The notes under the pieces were generated by a model. That model did not search any database, was not told where the DNA came from, and saw nothing but the letters and a program-made list of their open reading frames with translations. A stretch of 64,000 bases of DNA from an uncultured Candidatus Rokubacteria bacterium. GTDB lineage: Bacteria > Methylomirabilota > Methylomirabilia > Rokubacteriales > CSP1-6. Location of the stretch: assembly GCA_963747235.1 (NCBI GenBank), contig CAVVEU010000024.1, positions 160,001-224,000 of the forward strand, in the 5' to 3' direction. Below are positions 42,651 through 52,818 of the stretch, one piece after another (position 1 is the stretch's first letter; each line of letters opens with the position of its first letter). The position numbers and the translations under genes were made by a program.

Positions 42651-43943
42651 GCGACCGCCCGACCGGCTTCCTCGGGCCTCTCCCACCTCGGGATCATCTC
42701 GAGCGTCGGCTGGGCCTCGCTCGGATCGCGGTGGTCGCGGTCGACCTCGATCGTGGGCCGGTCGAGTGGCTCCGCCGGGGCGCGCTGCCGGTGCACGAGC
42801 CCGCGCTCCCGGAGCTCTTCGCGGCGCATCGAGAGCGGATGAGCTTCTCGAGCGATCCCGCCGCGCTGGCCGAGTGCGACCTCGTCATCGTCTCGCGGGA
42901 CATCCCCACGGACGCAGACAACGGGAGCGACGTCTCGGTCGTCGACCGTCTGATCGAAGCCGCCGTCCCGCACCTCCGGCCCGGATCCACCCTGGTCCTG
43001 ATGAGCCAGGTTTCTCCCGGATCCACGCGCGCTCTCGCCGCGCGGATCGATCTCGCCGGCCGGGGGCCGGGATCGCGTGTACTACTGGGTCGAGACGCTC
43101 ATCTTCGGCAACGCGGTGCAGCGGTTCCTCCATCCGGAGCGGATCATCGTGGGCTCCGCCGATCCGTCCCGGCCGCTTCCCGCCGCGCTCGACGAGGGGC
43201 TCCGTCGCTTCGACTGCCCGATCCTGCCGATGGGCTACGAGAGCGCGGAGCTCACCAAGACCGCGATCAACCTCTACCTGTTCGGGGCGGTGACCTACGC
43301 CAACACGCTCTCCGATCTCTGCGAAGCGGTCGGGGCGGACTGGTCCGAGATGGTGCCCGCCCTTCGTCTGGATCGCCGCATCGGACCCGCCGCCTACATC
43401 CGCCCGGGCCTCGGCATGGCGGGAGGGAACCTCGAGCGCGACCTCGTCACGCTTCGTGGGCTCGGGCAGCGCCACGGCGTCGACGTCGCCTACGTCGAGA
43501 CGCTGCTCGCCCACAATACTCGTCGCTATCGCTGGGTCCAGCGCCAGCTCCAGCGATCGCGGTGCTCGATCGCGATGCCCGGGCGGTGGTCGCGGTGTGG
43601 GGCCTCGCCTACAAGAAGAACACGCGGTCGACCAAGAACTCGGTGGCCCTGCGGGTGATCGACGACCTCGGGGCCGCGCCGAGGTGCGCGCGTACGACCC
43701 GCTGGTCAAGGCGCAGACGGCGGACGTGGCGCGCCACCCTGGTGGAAAGCGCGACACCGCCCTCGACGGCGCCGACTGCCTGCTGATCCTCACCGACTGG
43801 GACGAGTTCGCCACGCCGCCTGGGGGCGGGTTCCGAGCGATGCGCCGGCCAGTGGTCATCGATTGCGTCGGGGTGATGGACGCGCCGTCGCCGACTTGCC
43901 GGGCGTCGAGTACGTGGCGATGGGCCGTCCGGGGCGCCGATGA
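42647..43943 (+). CDS. UDP-glucose/GDP-mannose dehydrogenase-like protein lacking the catalytic Cys, frameshifted
   Basis: EPALPEL, PERIIVG, SAELTKTAIN, LRLDRRIG, GLAYKKNT, ILTDWDEF; PGLGMAGGNLERD replaces GGxC. Confidence 0.8.
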
Positions 43944-44475
43944 GCCGCCGCGCGGCCTTCCTCGATCGCGACGGCGTGCTGGTCGAGACGTTCGTGCGCG
44001 ACGGCCGCGCGCACGCCGCGGTCACCCTCGCGGAGTTCCGGATCTCCCCGGAGGCGCCCGCGCAGGTCGCACGGCTCAAGGCGGCCGGGTCTGCGGCCGA
44101 TCGTCTTCACCAACCAGCCCGAGGTCGCACGCGGCACACTCACCCCGGAGACGCTCGACCCCATGCACGCTCCTCTGCGCGCGGCCGTCGACGTCGACGA
44201 CATCCTCGTGTGCGTGCACGCCGATGGCGACGACTGCGCGTGCCACAAGCCCCGGCCCGGCATGCTCGAGGCGGCGGCGCGGAACTGGACGCTCGACCTG
44301 CCCGCCTCGTTCGTGGTCGGCGACCGGTGGCGGGACATCGACGCGGGGCGAGCCGTCGGCTGCTACACGGTGCTCATCGACCGCCCTTACAGCGAGTGCG
44401 CGTCGCGGACGCCCGCGTCGCCGATCTGGCCGACGCGGTCGACGTGGTGCTCGCCCGAATAGAGGATCCCAATGA
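43940..44475 (+). CDS. GmhB-like HAD sugar-bisphosphate phosphatase, frameshifted
   Basis: FLDRDGVL, TNQP, CACHKPRPGML, VGDRWRDIDAG. Confidence 0.85.
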
Positions 44476-45070
44476 ACTTCGTCGCCAAGTACCTCGCCGA
44501 GGCCTCGCAGGTGGCGGCGCGGATCGATCACGCAGCGGTCACGCGCCTGGTCGATCTCTCGCGGAGGCGCGCGACGGCGGCGGCCGGCTGTTCGTCCTCG
44601 GCGTCGGCGGCAGCGCCGGCAACGCCTCCCACGCGGTCAACGACTTCCGGAAGATCGCGGGCTTCGAGGCCTACACGCCCACCGACAACGTCTCCGAGCT
44701 GACCGCCCGCATCAACGACGACGGCTGGGACACCTCGTTCGCCAACTGGCTCAGGGGGAGCCGGCTCGGCCCCCGGGACTGCGTGCTCGTCTTCTCGGTC
44801 GGCGGCGGCGACGCGGAGCGCAAGGTGAGCATCAACCTCGTGCGGGCGCTGGAGTACGCCAAGACGGTGGGGGCCCGCATCGGCGGCATCGTCGGCCGCG
44901 ACGGCGGCTTCACCGCCACGGTCGCCGACGCGTGCGTGATCATCCCCACCGTGAACCCGGAGCGGGTCACCGCGCACACCGAGGCGTTCCAGGCGGTGGT
45001 CTGGCACCTGCTCGTCTCCCACCCCCGCCTCCAGGCCGCGCCGATGCGCTGGGAGAGCCTGACCCGATGA
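44472..45070 (+). CDS. GmhA-like SIS-domain phosphosugar isomerase, frameshifted
   Basis: GVGGSAGNASHAVNDF, TARINDDGW, HTEAFQAVVWHLL. Confidence 0.85.
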
Positions 45071-45944
45071 GCGGGATGCCGGCGCGGGTCGTGATCCTGG
45101 GCGCCAGCGGCTTCCTCGGCCGGGCGCTCCACGCCCGGCTCGCGGGCGACGGCGTCGAGGTGGTCGCGCATTCGTCACGGACGCTGGACCTCACGCGGGC
45201 GGATGCCCTGGCCGTCCTCGACGGGGTGGTGGGCCCGGCACCGCGCTCGTGTTCGCGTCCGCCTTGACCCCGGACCGGGGCCAGACCCCCGCCACTCTTC
45301 TTGCCAACACCACGATGGCCGCGAACCTGGCCGCCTATCTCGAGGGGCGTCGCCTCGCCCGCCTCGTCTACGTGGGCTCGGACGCGGCCTACGGCTTCGG
45401 CGAGCCGCCGGTCACCGAGGACACGCCGGTCTCGCCCGCCGGCTACTACGCGATCGGCAAGTACGTGGGGGAGCGGGTGATGGAGAGCGCGGCCCGCGCG
45501 GGCGGCTTTCCGCTGCTGACGCTCCGGGTGACCGGCGTCTACGGCCCCGGCGATCCGCACGCCTCCTACGGGCCCAATGCCTTCGCGCGCTCCCTGGCGC
45601 GTGACCGGACCGTCCGGATCTTCGGGGCGGGGGAGGAAGAGCGCGACCACGTCTACGTCGACGACGCGGCCCGGGTGATCGCGGGCCTGCTCCGGAGCGG
45701 CGCCGACGGCGTCTACAACGTGGCCACCGGGCAGAGCCAGTCGTTCGCGGACGTGGTGAAGACGATTCGCGACCTCGTGCCCTACGAGGTCACGGTGACG
45801 AGCGTGGCGCGGACGGGGCCGATCACGCATCGCCGGTTCGACACCGGCCGCCTGGCCCGCGCGCTGCCCGGCCTGCGCTTCACGCCGATCCGGGACGGCC
45901 TCCGGGCCACCCTCGTCGCCTTTGGAGCGATCGCGAATGGCTGA
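45067..45944 (+). CDS. NAD-dependent epimerase/reductase (SDR), frameshifted
   Basis: ILGASGFLG, SDAAYG, YAIGK, RDHVYVDD. Confidence 0.85.
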
Positions 45945-46589
45945 GGTCGATCTCCTCGACCGCTATCCGCGCGCCACGCGCGACATCGCGGCCCGCGCCG
46001 CCGCGGCCCCGGCCCAGCGCGAGGTGGCGACGCGATTCGCTCGCGAGTACTTCGACGGCGAGCGCGGCCAGGGCTACGGCGGCTACCGCTACGACGGCCG
46101 CTGGGTGCCGATCGCCGAGCGCATGCGCGACCACTACCGGCTGCGGGCCGGCGACCGCGTGCTCGACGTCGGGTGCGCCAAGGGCTTCCTGCTCCACGAC
46201 CTGCGCCGCCTGTCGGGGGGCTGCGCGTCGCGGGCCTCGACATCTCGGCCTACGCGCTGGGCCAGGCGAAGGACGACGTGCGGCCGTTCCTCGCACGCGG
46301 CACGGCGGAGCGGCTGCCGTTCGCGGACAAGGCGTTCGACCTGGTGGTGTCGATCAACACCCTGCACAACCTCGACCGCGCGGACTGCATCCGCGCGCTC
46401 GGCGAGATCGAGCGGGTGAGCCGCCGCCACCGCTACGTCCAGGTCGACTCGTGGCTCGACGAGACGCAGCGCGAGAAGTTCGAGCGCTGGCAGCTGACCG
46501 CGCTCACCTATTCGGATCCGGAGGGCTGGCGGCGCCTGTTCCGCGAGGCCGGCTACACCGGCGACTACTACTGGACCGTGACGGAATGA
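45937..46589 (+). CDS. Class I SAM-dependent methyltransferase, frameshifted
   Basis: YFDG..GYGGYRYDGRW, VLDVGCAKGF, LPFADKAFDLVVSINTLH. Confidence 0.85.
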
Positions 46590-46614
46590 CGGAGCGGGCC
46601 CGGAGGGAGACATC

Positions 46615-47287
46615 ATGAAGATCTTCGTCGATTCGGCGAACCTGGTGGAGATCGAGGAGGCGCTGGAGCGCGGGTTTCCCGCCGGCATCACCACGAACCC
46701 GTCGATCCTGGCCAAGGAAGAGAAGGCGGACTTCCGAGATCACATCAAGAAGATCATCGAGCTCGTGCAGCGATACGGCTACGACATCCCGCTGAGCGTC
46801 GAGGTCTTCTCGACCCAGCCGGAGGAGATGATCGACCAGGCCGAGGACTTCGTGCGCGAGTTCGGCCACTACCCGAACCTGAACGTCAAGGTGCCGGTCG
46901 GCTGGGACGAGCTGCGCCGTGATCAGCGAGCTCGCCGGCGCGGGCATCCGGGTCAACTGCACCTGCTGCATGACGTATAGCCAGGCGGTCATGGCGGCGG
47001 CGGCGGGCGCCAACTACGTGAGCCTCTTCTACGGTCGCATCCGCGACGTGGGCTACGACGCGGCCTCGGTGGTCCGCTCGGTTCGCGAGACCTTCCGCGA
47101 GCGCGCGGTGCCCTGCGAGATCATCGTGGGCAGCATCCGGCACATCGCGGACATCAGCGAGGCCTTCCAGGCCGGCACCGACATCGTCACGGTGCCCCCG
47201 AAGTTCTTCCGGCCGATGGTCGGCCACCCCAAGACCGACGAAGCGGTGCAGCAGTTCGTGACCGACTTCCAGAAGTGGATGCAGTAG
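46615..47287 (+). CDS. Small (TalC/FSA-family) transaldolase; frameshift near 46915
   Basis: GITTNPS, SVEV, Schiff-base NVKVP, VNCT, SLFYGR, GSIR, HPKTDEAV. Confidence 0.88.
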
Positions 47288-47826
47288 ATGAAAGGGCTGG
47301 TCCTCTCCGCGGCGGCCCTGGTGCTCCTGGTGCTCGGGAGCGCGGTCGCGCTCCGCTTCTACCGCGGGAACAAGGAGTTCCGGGTGTTCCTCGGCGCGTT
47401 CGCCGCCGCGGTGGTGCTGTACACCGGGACGTTCTGGCTGCTCCCGCCCGATCTGGGTTTCCTGCCCGCGGGCTGGCGGGAGACGGTCGCGTGGGTGGAC
47501 TTCGGGAACGGCCTCCTGCTCCTGGTCCTGATGTTCCACGGCTACTGGTGCTTCTCCTACTTCGCCTGTCTGAGCCCGTCCATGAGCGTGATGGTGTCGC
47601 TCCGGCTCCGGGGCCGCGAGGGCATGTCGCGCGCCGAGGTCCTCGGCGATTCAGGGCAGCGATCAGCCGGTCAACCTCATCTTCCAGCGCCGGCTGCCCG
47701 AAGCTCCTGCAGGGCGGCTACGTGCGGGAGGAGGCAGGCGCGTACCGGATCCTCGCGCCGGGTGAGCGGGTCGCCGCGCTGGGATCCTTCCTCGAGCGCC
47801 TGATCAACGCCCAGGTGGGCACTTAG
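47288..47826 (+). CDS. Hypothetical 3-TM membrane protein, paralog A (frameshifted)
   Basis: Hydrophobic segments, PPDLGFLP motif, C-terminal RRLPKLLQGGYVREEAGAYRILAPG. Confidence 0.6.
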
Positions 47827-47836
47827 GGCCGCCGCG

Positions 47837-48361
47837 GTGCTGAAGGGTCTCGTGCTCTGCGGACTGCTCATCACGACGTGGCTGATCGTGCAGGCCGCGG
47901 TGTTCCATCTCGTGGCGCCCCGGAAGGCGTTCGCCTCGATGCTGGCGGCCTTCGCTCCCATGGTGCCGCTCTACCTCGTGCTCTATCTCATGACCCCGGC
48001 CGATCTGGGATTCCTCTCGCCCGCGTTCGTGGGCGCGGACTGGCGGCTCGGGCTCGTGAACGGGCTCGTGCTCCAGATGTTCCTGTTCCTCACCGCCGGC
48101 TTGTTCTATTCCCACGCGGACCGCTCGATCACCGTCCGGCTGCTGATCGAGCTGGCCCGCGCGCCCCATCAGCGCCTCACGCTCGCCCAGATGCAGGCGG
48201 TGTGCGGGGTGGAGGTGCTCATGGCCGATCGCCTGGAGATCATGCTGGCCAATCGCTTCCTGAGGGCCCAGGGCGACCGCTTCGTGCTCACCCCGAAGGG
48301 CTGGATCGGGGGCAGCATCGGGCTGGCGGCCCGCAAGATCCTCCGCATGAAGGCCCTCTAG
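47837..48361 (+). CDS. Hypothetical 3-TM membrane protein, paralog B
   Basis: PADLGFLSP, NGLVL, SITVRLLIEL, DRLEIMLANRFLRAQGDRFVLTPKG. Confidence 0.65.
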   Translation: MLKGLVLCGLLITTWLIVQAAVFHLVAPRKAFASMLAAFAPMVPLYLVLYLMTPADLGFLSPAFVGADWRLGLVNGLVLQMFLFLTAGLFYSHADRSITVRLLIELARAPHQRLTLAQMQAVCGVEVLMADRLEIMLANRFLRAQGDRFVLTPKGWIGGSIGLAARKILRMKAL

Positions 48362-48453
48362 GACACCCAGACCATGGAAACGACTACAGCGGGGGAAACG
48401 ACAAAGTAGGGGAACCGACCGAAGCGGGCCGGAGCGGAGCGGGTCTCGAGGAC

Positions 48454-49452
48454 ATGACGGTAGGCGCGCCCCGGTCCGCCCGGGAAGCGCTCCAATCGGG
48501 CGCGATCAGTCTCGAGGCGCTCCGAGCCGTCCACCGGATGCGCGACGGCCGCAGCGCGCTGGACGTGCTCGGCGCGCTGGCGTCGTTCGTGGCGGTGCCG
48601 GTGGTCTTCGGGCTCTATCCCCGCTGGTGGACCGCCGCGCTCCTGGCGCTCTGGGCGATCCGCAACTTCAACTGCGCGGCGCAGCTCGTCCACGAGAGCG
48701 ACCACGGCACCCTGTTCCACGACCCGCGCCTGAACCAGGGATTCGGCAACCTCTTCGCGTACCTCCTCGGCTACACGCGCGGGGGGCACCGGACCGCGCA
48801 CATGGATCATCACCTCTACCTGAACACCGATCGCGACCCGGACATCATCTTCAGCCAGCCGGAGGCGTCGGCGGCCGCGATCCTGAAGGGCCTGCTCGGC
48901 GATCTCGTCTTCGTCTCCGCGATCAAGCGCCTGCTCCAGTACTCGCAGTCCGACCGCGCCACGTACTCCGTCTCCCCGTGGCGGCGCCTCACGCCGGCCT
49001 ACTTCGTCCGCATGGCCGCCACGATGGTCCCGGTGGCCATCACGCAGCTCGTGCTCCTGGCGCTCTTCACGATGGCGGGCGGGCCCTGGGCCTACCTGCT
49101 CCTGCACGTCCTGCCGATCATGACGCTCTATCCGCTCCAGATCCGGGTCCGCTCGATCGCCGAGCACGGCTTCGAGGCGGGCTACCATCCGGAGTCGCCG
49201 CAGGAGGCGTGGGTGACGCGGACGAGCCGGTTGAACCTGGTCGAGCGATGGATCATCGCGCCCTTCGGCCAGTATCTCCACTATGAGCACCACGTGTTTC
49301 CCAGCATTCCCAACTACAACCTGCCCGAGGTGCATCGTCTCCTCGTGGCCGCGGGGATCCCGGTGCCCACCAATCGGAGCTATTTCGGCTTCCTGTTCCA
49401 GAAGATCCGGGCCGAATGGCGGAGCGGGTCGGCCGGCCGCGAGCGGGCATGA
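48454..49452 (+). CDS. Membrane fatty-acid-desaturase-family diiron enzyme
   Basis: Three His boxes: HESDH, HMDHH, HYEHH; also RSIAEH and FPSIPNYNLP. Confidence 0.88.
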   Translation: MTVGAPRSAREALQSGAISLEALRAVHRMRDGRSALDVLGALASFVAVPVVFGLYPRWWTAALLALWAIRNFNCAAQLVHESDHGTLFHDPRLNQGFGNLFAYLLGYTRGGHRTAHMDHHLYLNTDRDPDIIFSQPEASAAAILKGLLGDLVFVSAIKRLLQYSQSDRATYSVSPWRRLTPAYFVRMAATMVPVAITQLVLLALFTMAGGPWAYLLLHVLPIMTLYPLQIRVRSIAEHGFEAGYHPESPQEAWVTRTSRLNLVERWIIAPFGQYLHYEHHVFPSIPNYNLPEVHRLLVAAGIPVPTNRSYFGFLFQKIRAEWRSGSAGRERA

Positions 49453-50381
49453 ACGCCTCCGTGCGCGACGCGGAGCTGACCGGGGCGGTGTGCGATCTTT
49501 GCCGATCGGACCGGCACGCGGTACCGGTGCTGGAGGCGGGTGACTACGAGTATGGCGTCCCCGGTCGCTTCACGCTCTCCCACTGTACCGCGTGCGACCT
49601 GTACTACCAGACGCCGCGACCGGCCCGCGAGGTGATCCCGAGCTACTACCCGCCGACCTACGCGGTCTACGGGGACGATCCGGTGGTGGGATGGTTGTTC
49701 CGCATCACCTACTGGCTGGACGCGCGGCGGGTGGCGCGCCTCATCGGGCCTCGCGGCCGGGTTCTCGACGTGGGCTGCGGCGCGGGCGGCGCCCTGAACG
49801 CCCTCGCCGGGGTGGGTGAGTGGGACGTCTGCGGTCTCGAGCTCGACGCGGAGGCGGCCCGTCAGGCGGTCCGGCGCGGGTTCAACGTGCGGCAGGGCGA
49901 CCTGGTCGACACCGACTTCCCCCCCGAGTCGTTCGACCTCATTCGCATGGGCCACGTGATCGAGCACGTCCGCGATCCGATCGCGACCCTGCGGCGCGCC
50001 TGGGAGCTTCTCCGGCCGGGAGGCATTCTCTTCGGAGAGACGCCGAACATCGACTGCTGGGATTTCCGGCTCTTCGGGCGCTACTGGGGCGCGCTGCACT
50101 TCCCCCGCCACATCGCGCTCTTCAGCCCCGAAACCATCCGGGCCGCCTGCGAGCAGACCGGATTCGTGGGAACGCGCATCGTCCCCCGGCTGCGCACGGT
50201 GGGGTGGAGCGCGGGCATCCAGAACTGGCTCGCGGACCGGGCGGGGCTCCGGGTTCCGTCGAACGGCCGCGTCCGCTGGTATCCGGCGCTGATCGCACCC
50301 TTCTTGCCGGTCACCATCTTCCAGGCGCTGGTGAGCCGCACCGCCACGATGGCGTTCGTCGCCCGCCGTCCCGAGGCCTAG
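49449..50381 (+). CDS. Class I SAM methyltransferase with N-terminal Zn finger
   Basis: CDLC...CTAC, VLDVGCGAG, HVIEHVRDP, ETPN. Confidence 0.88.
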   Translation: MNASVRDAELTGAVCDLCRSDRHAVPVLEAGDYEYGVPGRFTLSHCTACDLYYQTPRPAREVIPSYYPPTYAVYGDDPVVGWLFRITYWLDARRVARLIGPRGRVLDVGCGAGGALNALAGVGEWDVCGLELDAEAARQAVRRGFNVRQGDLVDTDFPPESFDLIRMGHVIEHVRDPIATLRRAWELLRPGGILFGETPNIDCWDFRLFGRYWGALHFPRHIALFSPETIRAACEQTGFVGTRIVPRLRTVGWSAGIQNWLADRAGLRVPSNGRVRWYPALIAPFLPVTIFQALVSRTATMAFVARRPEA

Positions 50382-50387
50382 CCCGTC

Positions 50388-51066
50388 ATGGCGCTCCGCT
50401 ACGCGACCGAGCTCGGCGCCTTCGACCGGATCGAACGATCTGGCCTTCCAGGTGCGGCGCCGGATCTTCGAGCGATTCATGCGCGAGTGCGCGCCCGGCC
50501 CCGACGCGCGCGTGGCCGACTTCGGCGTGTCCGGTCATCGCGACCATCCGGTGCACTACTTCTTCGAGAGCCTGTACCCGTACCGGCAGCAGGTCACCGC
50601 GATCGGACGGGCGGCGGAGGAGGCGGGCTGGTTCGAGGAAGCCTTTCCCGGCCTGCGCTTCCTGGAGGCGGATCTCCGGGAGATCCCGCTACCCGACGGG
50701 TACTTCGACTACGGGATCTGCAACGCGGTGGTCGAGCATGGGGGAACGCGCGAGCAGCAGCGGGCTCTCGTCGCGGAGGTCTGTCGCGTGAGCCGGTGCG
50801 TGCTCTTCACCACGCCCAACAAGCGGTTTCCGCTCGAGCTGCACACCTGGCTGCCGCTGCTCCACTGGCTGCCGGATGCGGCGTACCGGGCCAGCCTGCG
50901 CCGCCTCGGTCTCGACTACTTCGCGGAGATCGAGAACCTGAACCTGCTCGACCCGGAAGCGTTCCTGTCGCTTTTCCCGAGATCCCGTCAGAATCGCCTG
51001 CTGAAGTCCGGTCTCCCGCTCCTGCGCTCGAATCTCGTCTGCCTTTCCCGCGCCGGCGGACGCTAG
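50388..51066 (+). CDS. Class I SAM methyltransferase (frameshift near the 5' end)
   Basis: VADFGVSG, IPLPDGYFD, NAVVEH, TTPNKRFPLELHT. Confidence 0.8.
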
Positions 51067-51082
51067 CGCCCGGTCCGCTCGG

Positions 51083-52818
51083 TCACGGCACGACGCGCTT
51101 GAGCACCAGGCGCGCCCCGTCCATCCCCATCTCGTAGGGCACTCGGTCCGGCAGGGCCTGCATGAGCGCTCGGTTCCGGTCCGCGTCGAGGAAGTTGACG
51201 AAGAGGACCCGGTCGCTGAAATCGGGGCGATTGTTCCGGCGGTAGTAGGCCCAGGTGTAGGGCGGCACCGCGGTTCCCGGCAGGCTGTGGACGAAGACGA
51301 TGGCCCGCTCCGGCACCTCGAGCTCCACCAGGTCGTAGGGGGCGTTCACCAGATCGGCGCTGGCCCGCAGGGAGCCGGCGTAGACCGGCAGAAGGTGATC
51401 ACCGCACAGAGGGTCGCGACCAGCGGAAGCGAGGCCACGAACGCGGGCATGCGCGCGGGGGCTCCCGCGCGGCGGCTCAGCTCGATCAGCCGCACGAAGC
51501 CGCTGGCGGACAGGAGCACCAGCGGCGCGGCGAGCTCGGCGTAGTGCGCCGGGCCCGTGCTGCTGATGCTGGCCGCCGAGATGCCGGCGTAGAGGAGGAG
51601 CACCCCCGCGCAGCTCGCGAACAGGCGAAGCCCGCCGGGGAGGCGATGGAAGAAGGCCGCGAGCACCAGCGACACCGGCCATCCGAAGAGCCAGAAGTTG
51701 AAGCGGGCGAGCGTGTGGCCGAGCTCGTGGATCGACGGGAGCGGCGCCGGAGCCTTGACCGCCTGCCCGACGAGCCCCCAGTTGCGAAGGCGGCTGAAGG
51801 TCTGGTAGCCGCTCTCGAACGCGGAGCCGGAGAGCGCGTGCTGGTAGTCGAGGAGGAGGAGCCCCGCCCCGATCACCACCAGAGCGGAGGCGCCGGCTCC
51901 CAGGAGCGCTCGCGGAGAGCGCGTCGCCCACAGACGCATCGCGAGCCAGATCAGCCAGGGCGCCGCGAAGACCGGCGCGGAGAAGGGCCGGGTCAGGGTC
52001 GCCCAGCCCAGGGCGGCGCCCGCGAGGAGCCACCAGCGGAGCGCGCGCGGATCCTCGTGGGCGCGCAGCGCGGCGTAGACGAACGCCATGAGCAGCACCG
52101 CGACCGTCGAATGGGCGAGCAGCGTGGCGGACGAGAACACGAAGTACGGGGAGATCAGGAGCATCGGCAGGGCCAGTAGCGCGGTCCGCTGGCCGAAGAG
52201 GCGTCGCGCGATGGCGAACGCGAGCAGCACCGTCACGGTGGCCGATACCGTGGTCACCCAGTGGAGCAGTCCGAGCCATTCCCCGATCGCGAGTGCGGCG
52301 GGGTGCCCGGGGAAGTAGATCCCGTACATCTTCCCGCCGTTGATGATGAGGAACTGGTTCTCGAAGAACGCGCGGAGCGCGTCGGGCGGGGCCGGCACCA
52401 GGATCTTCCCGGACGCGAACATCTGGGCCATGAAGAGGTAGGCGTTCTCGTCATCGCTGATCGCCGCGTCCTTCAGGACCATGAGGCGGGTCAGCGTGGT
52501 GAGGAGGAACGTGCCCGAGCACGCGCCGAAGACGAGGGCGCGAACCTCGCGGGGGTTCAGGGAATCGAGGCGCTCGATGGCATCCAGGATCCGCGGGCCG
52601 GCCGCGTCGCGGACCGCGAACGTGAGGAGCACGATGGCGGGGATGCCGAAGAGGAGATAGTGCAGGAGAAAGGCCAGCTCCCCGGGGAACCATCCGTGCC
52701 GGCCATACCAGATCTGGTAGTTCGCGAAGTTGAGACCGGCGATCCAGATCTCGGCGATACAGAGGAGGCCGGTCAGGCCGAGGAGCAGGCTCTTCACCCG
52801 CGGGGTCACGGAGCTCAC
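51083..52818 (-). CDS. ArnT/PMT-like GT-C membrane glycosyltransferase; frameshift near 51385
   Basis: SDDENAYLFMAQMFASG, YFPGHPA, multiple TM helices, LTRPF. Confidence 0.75.
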
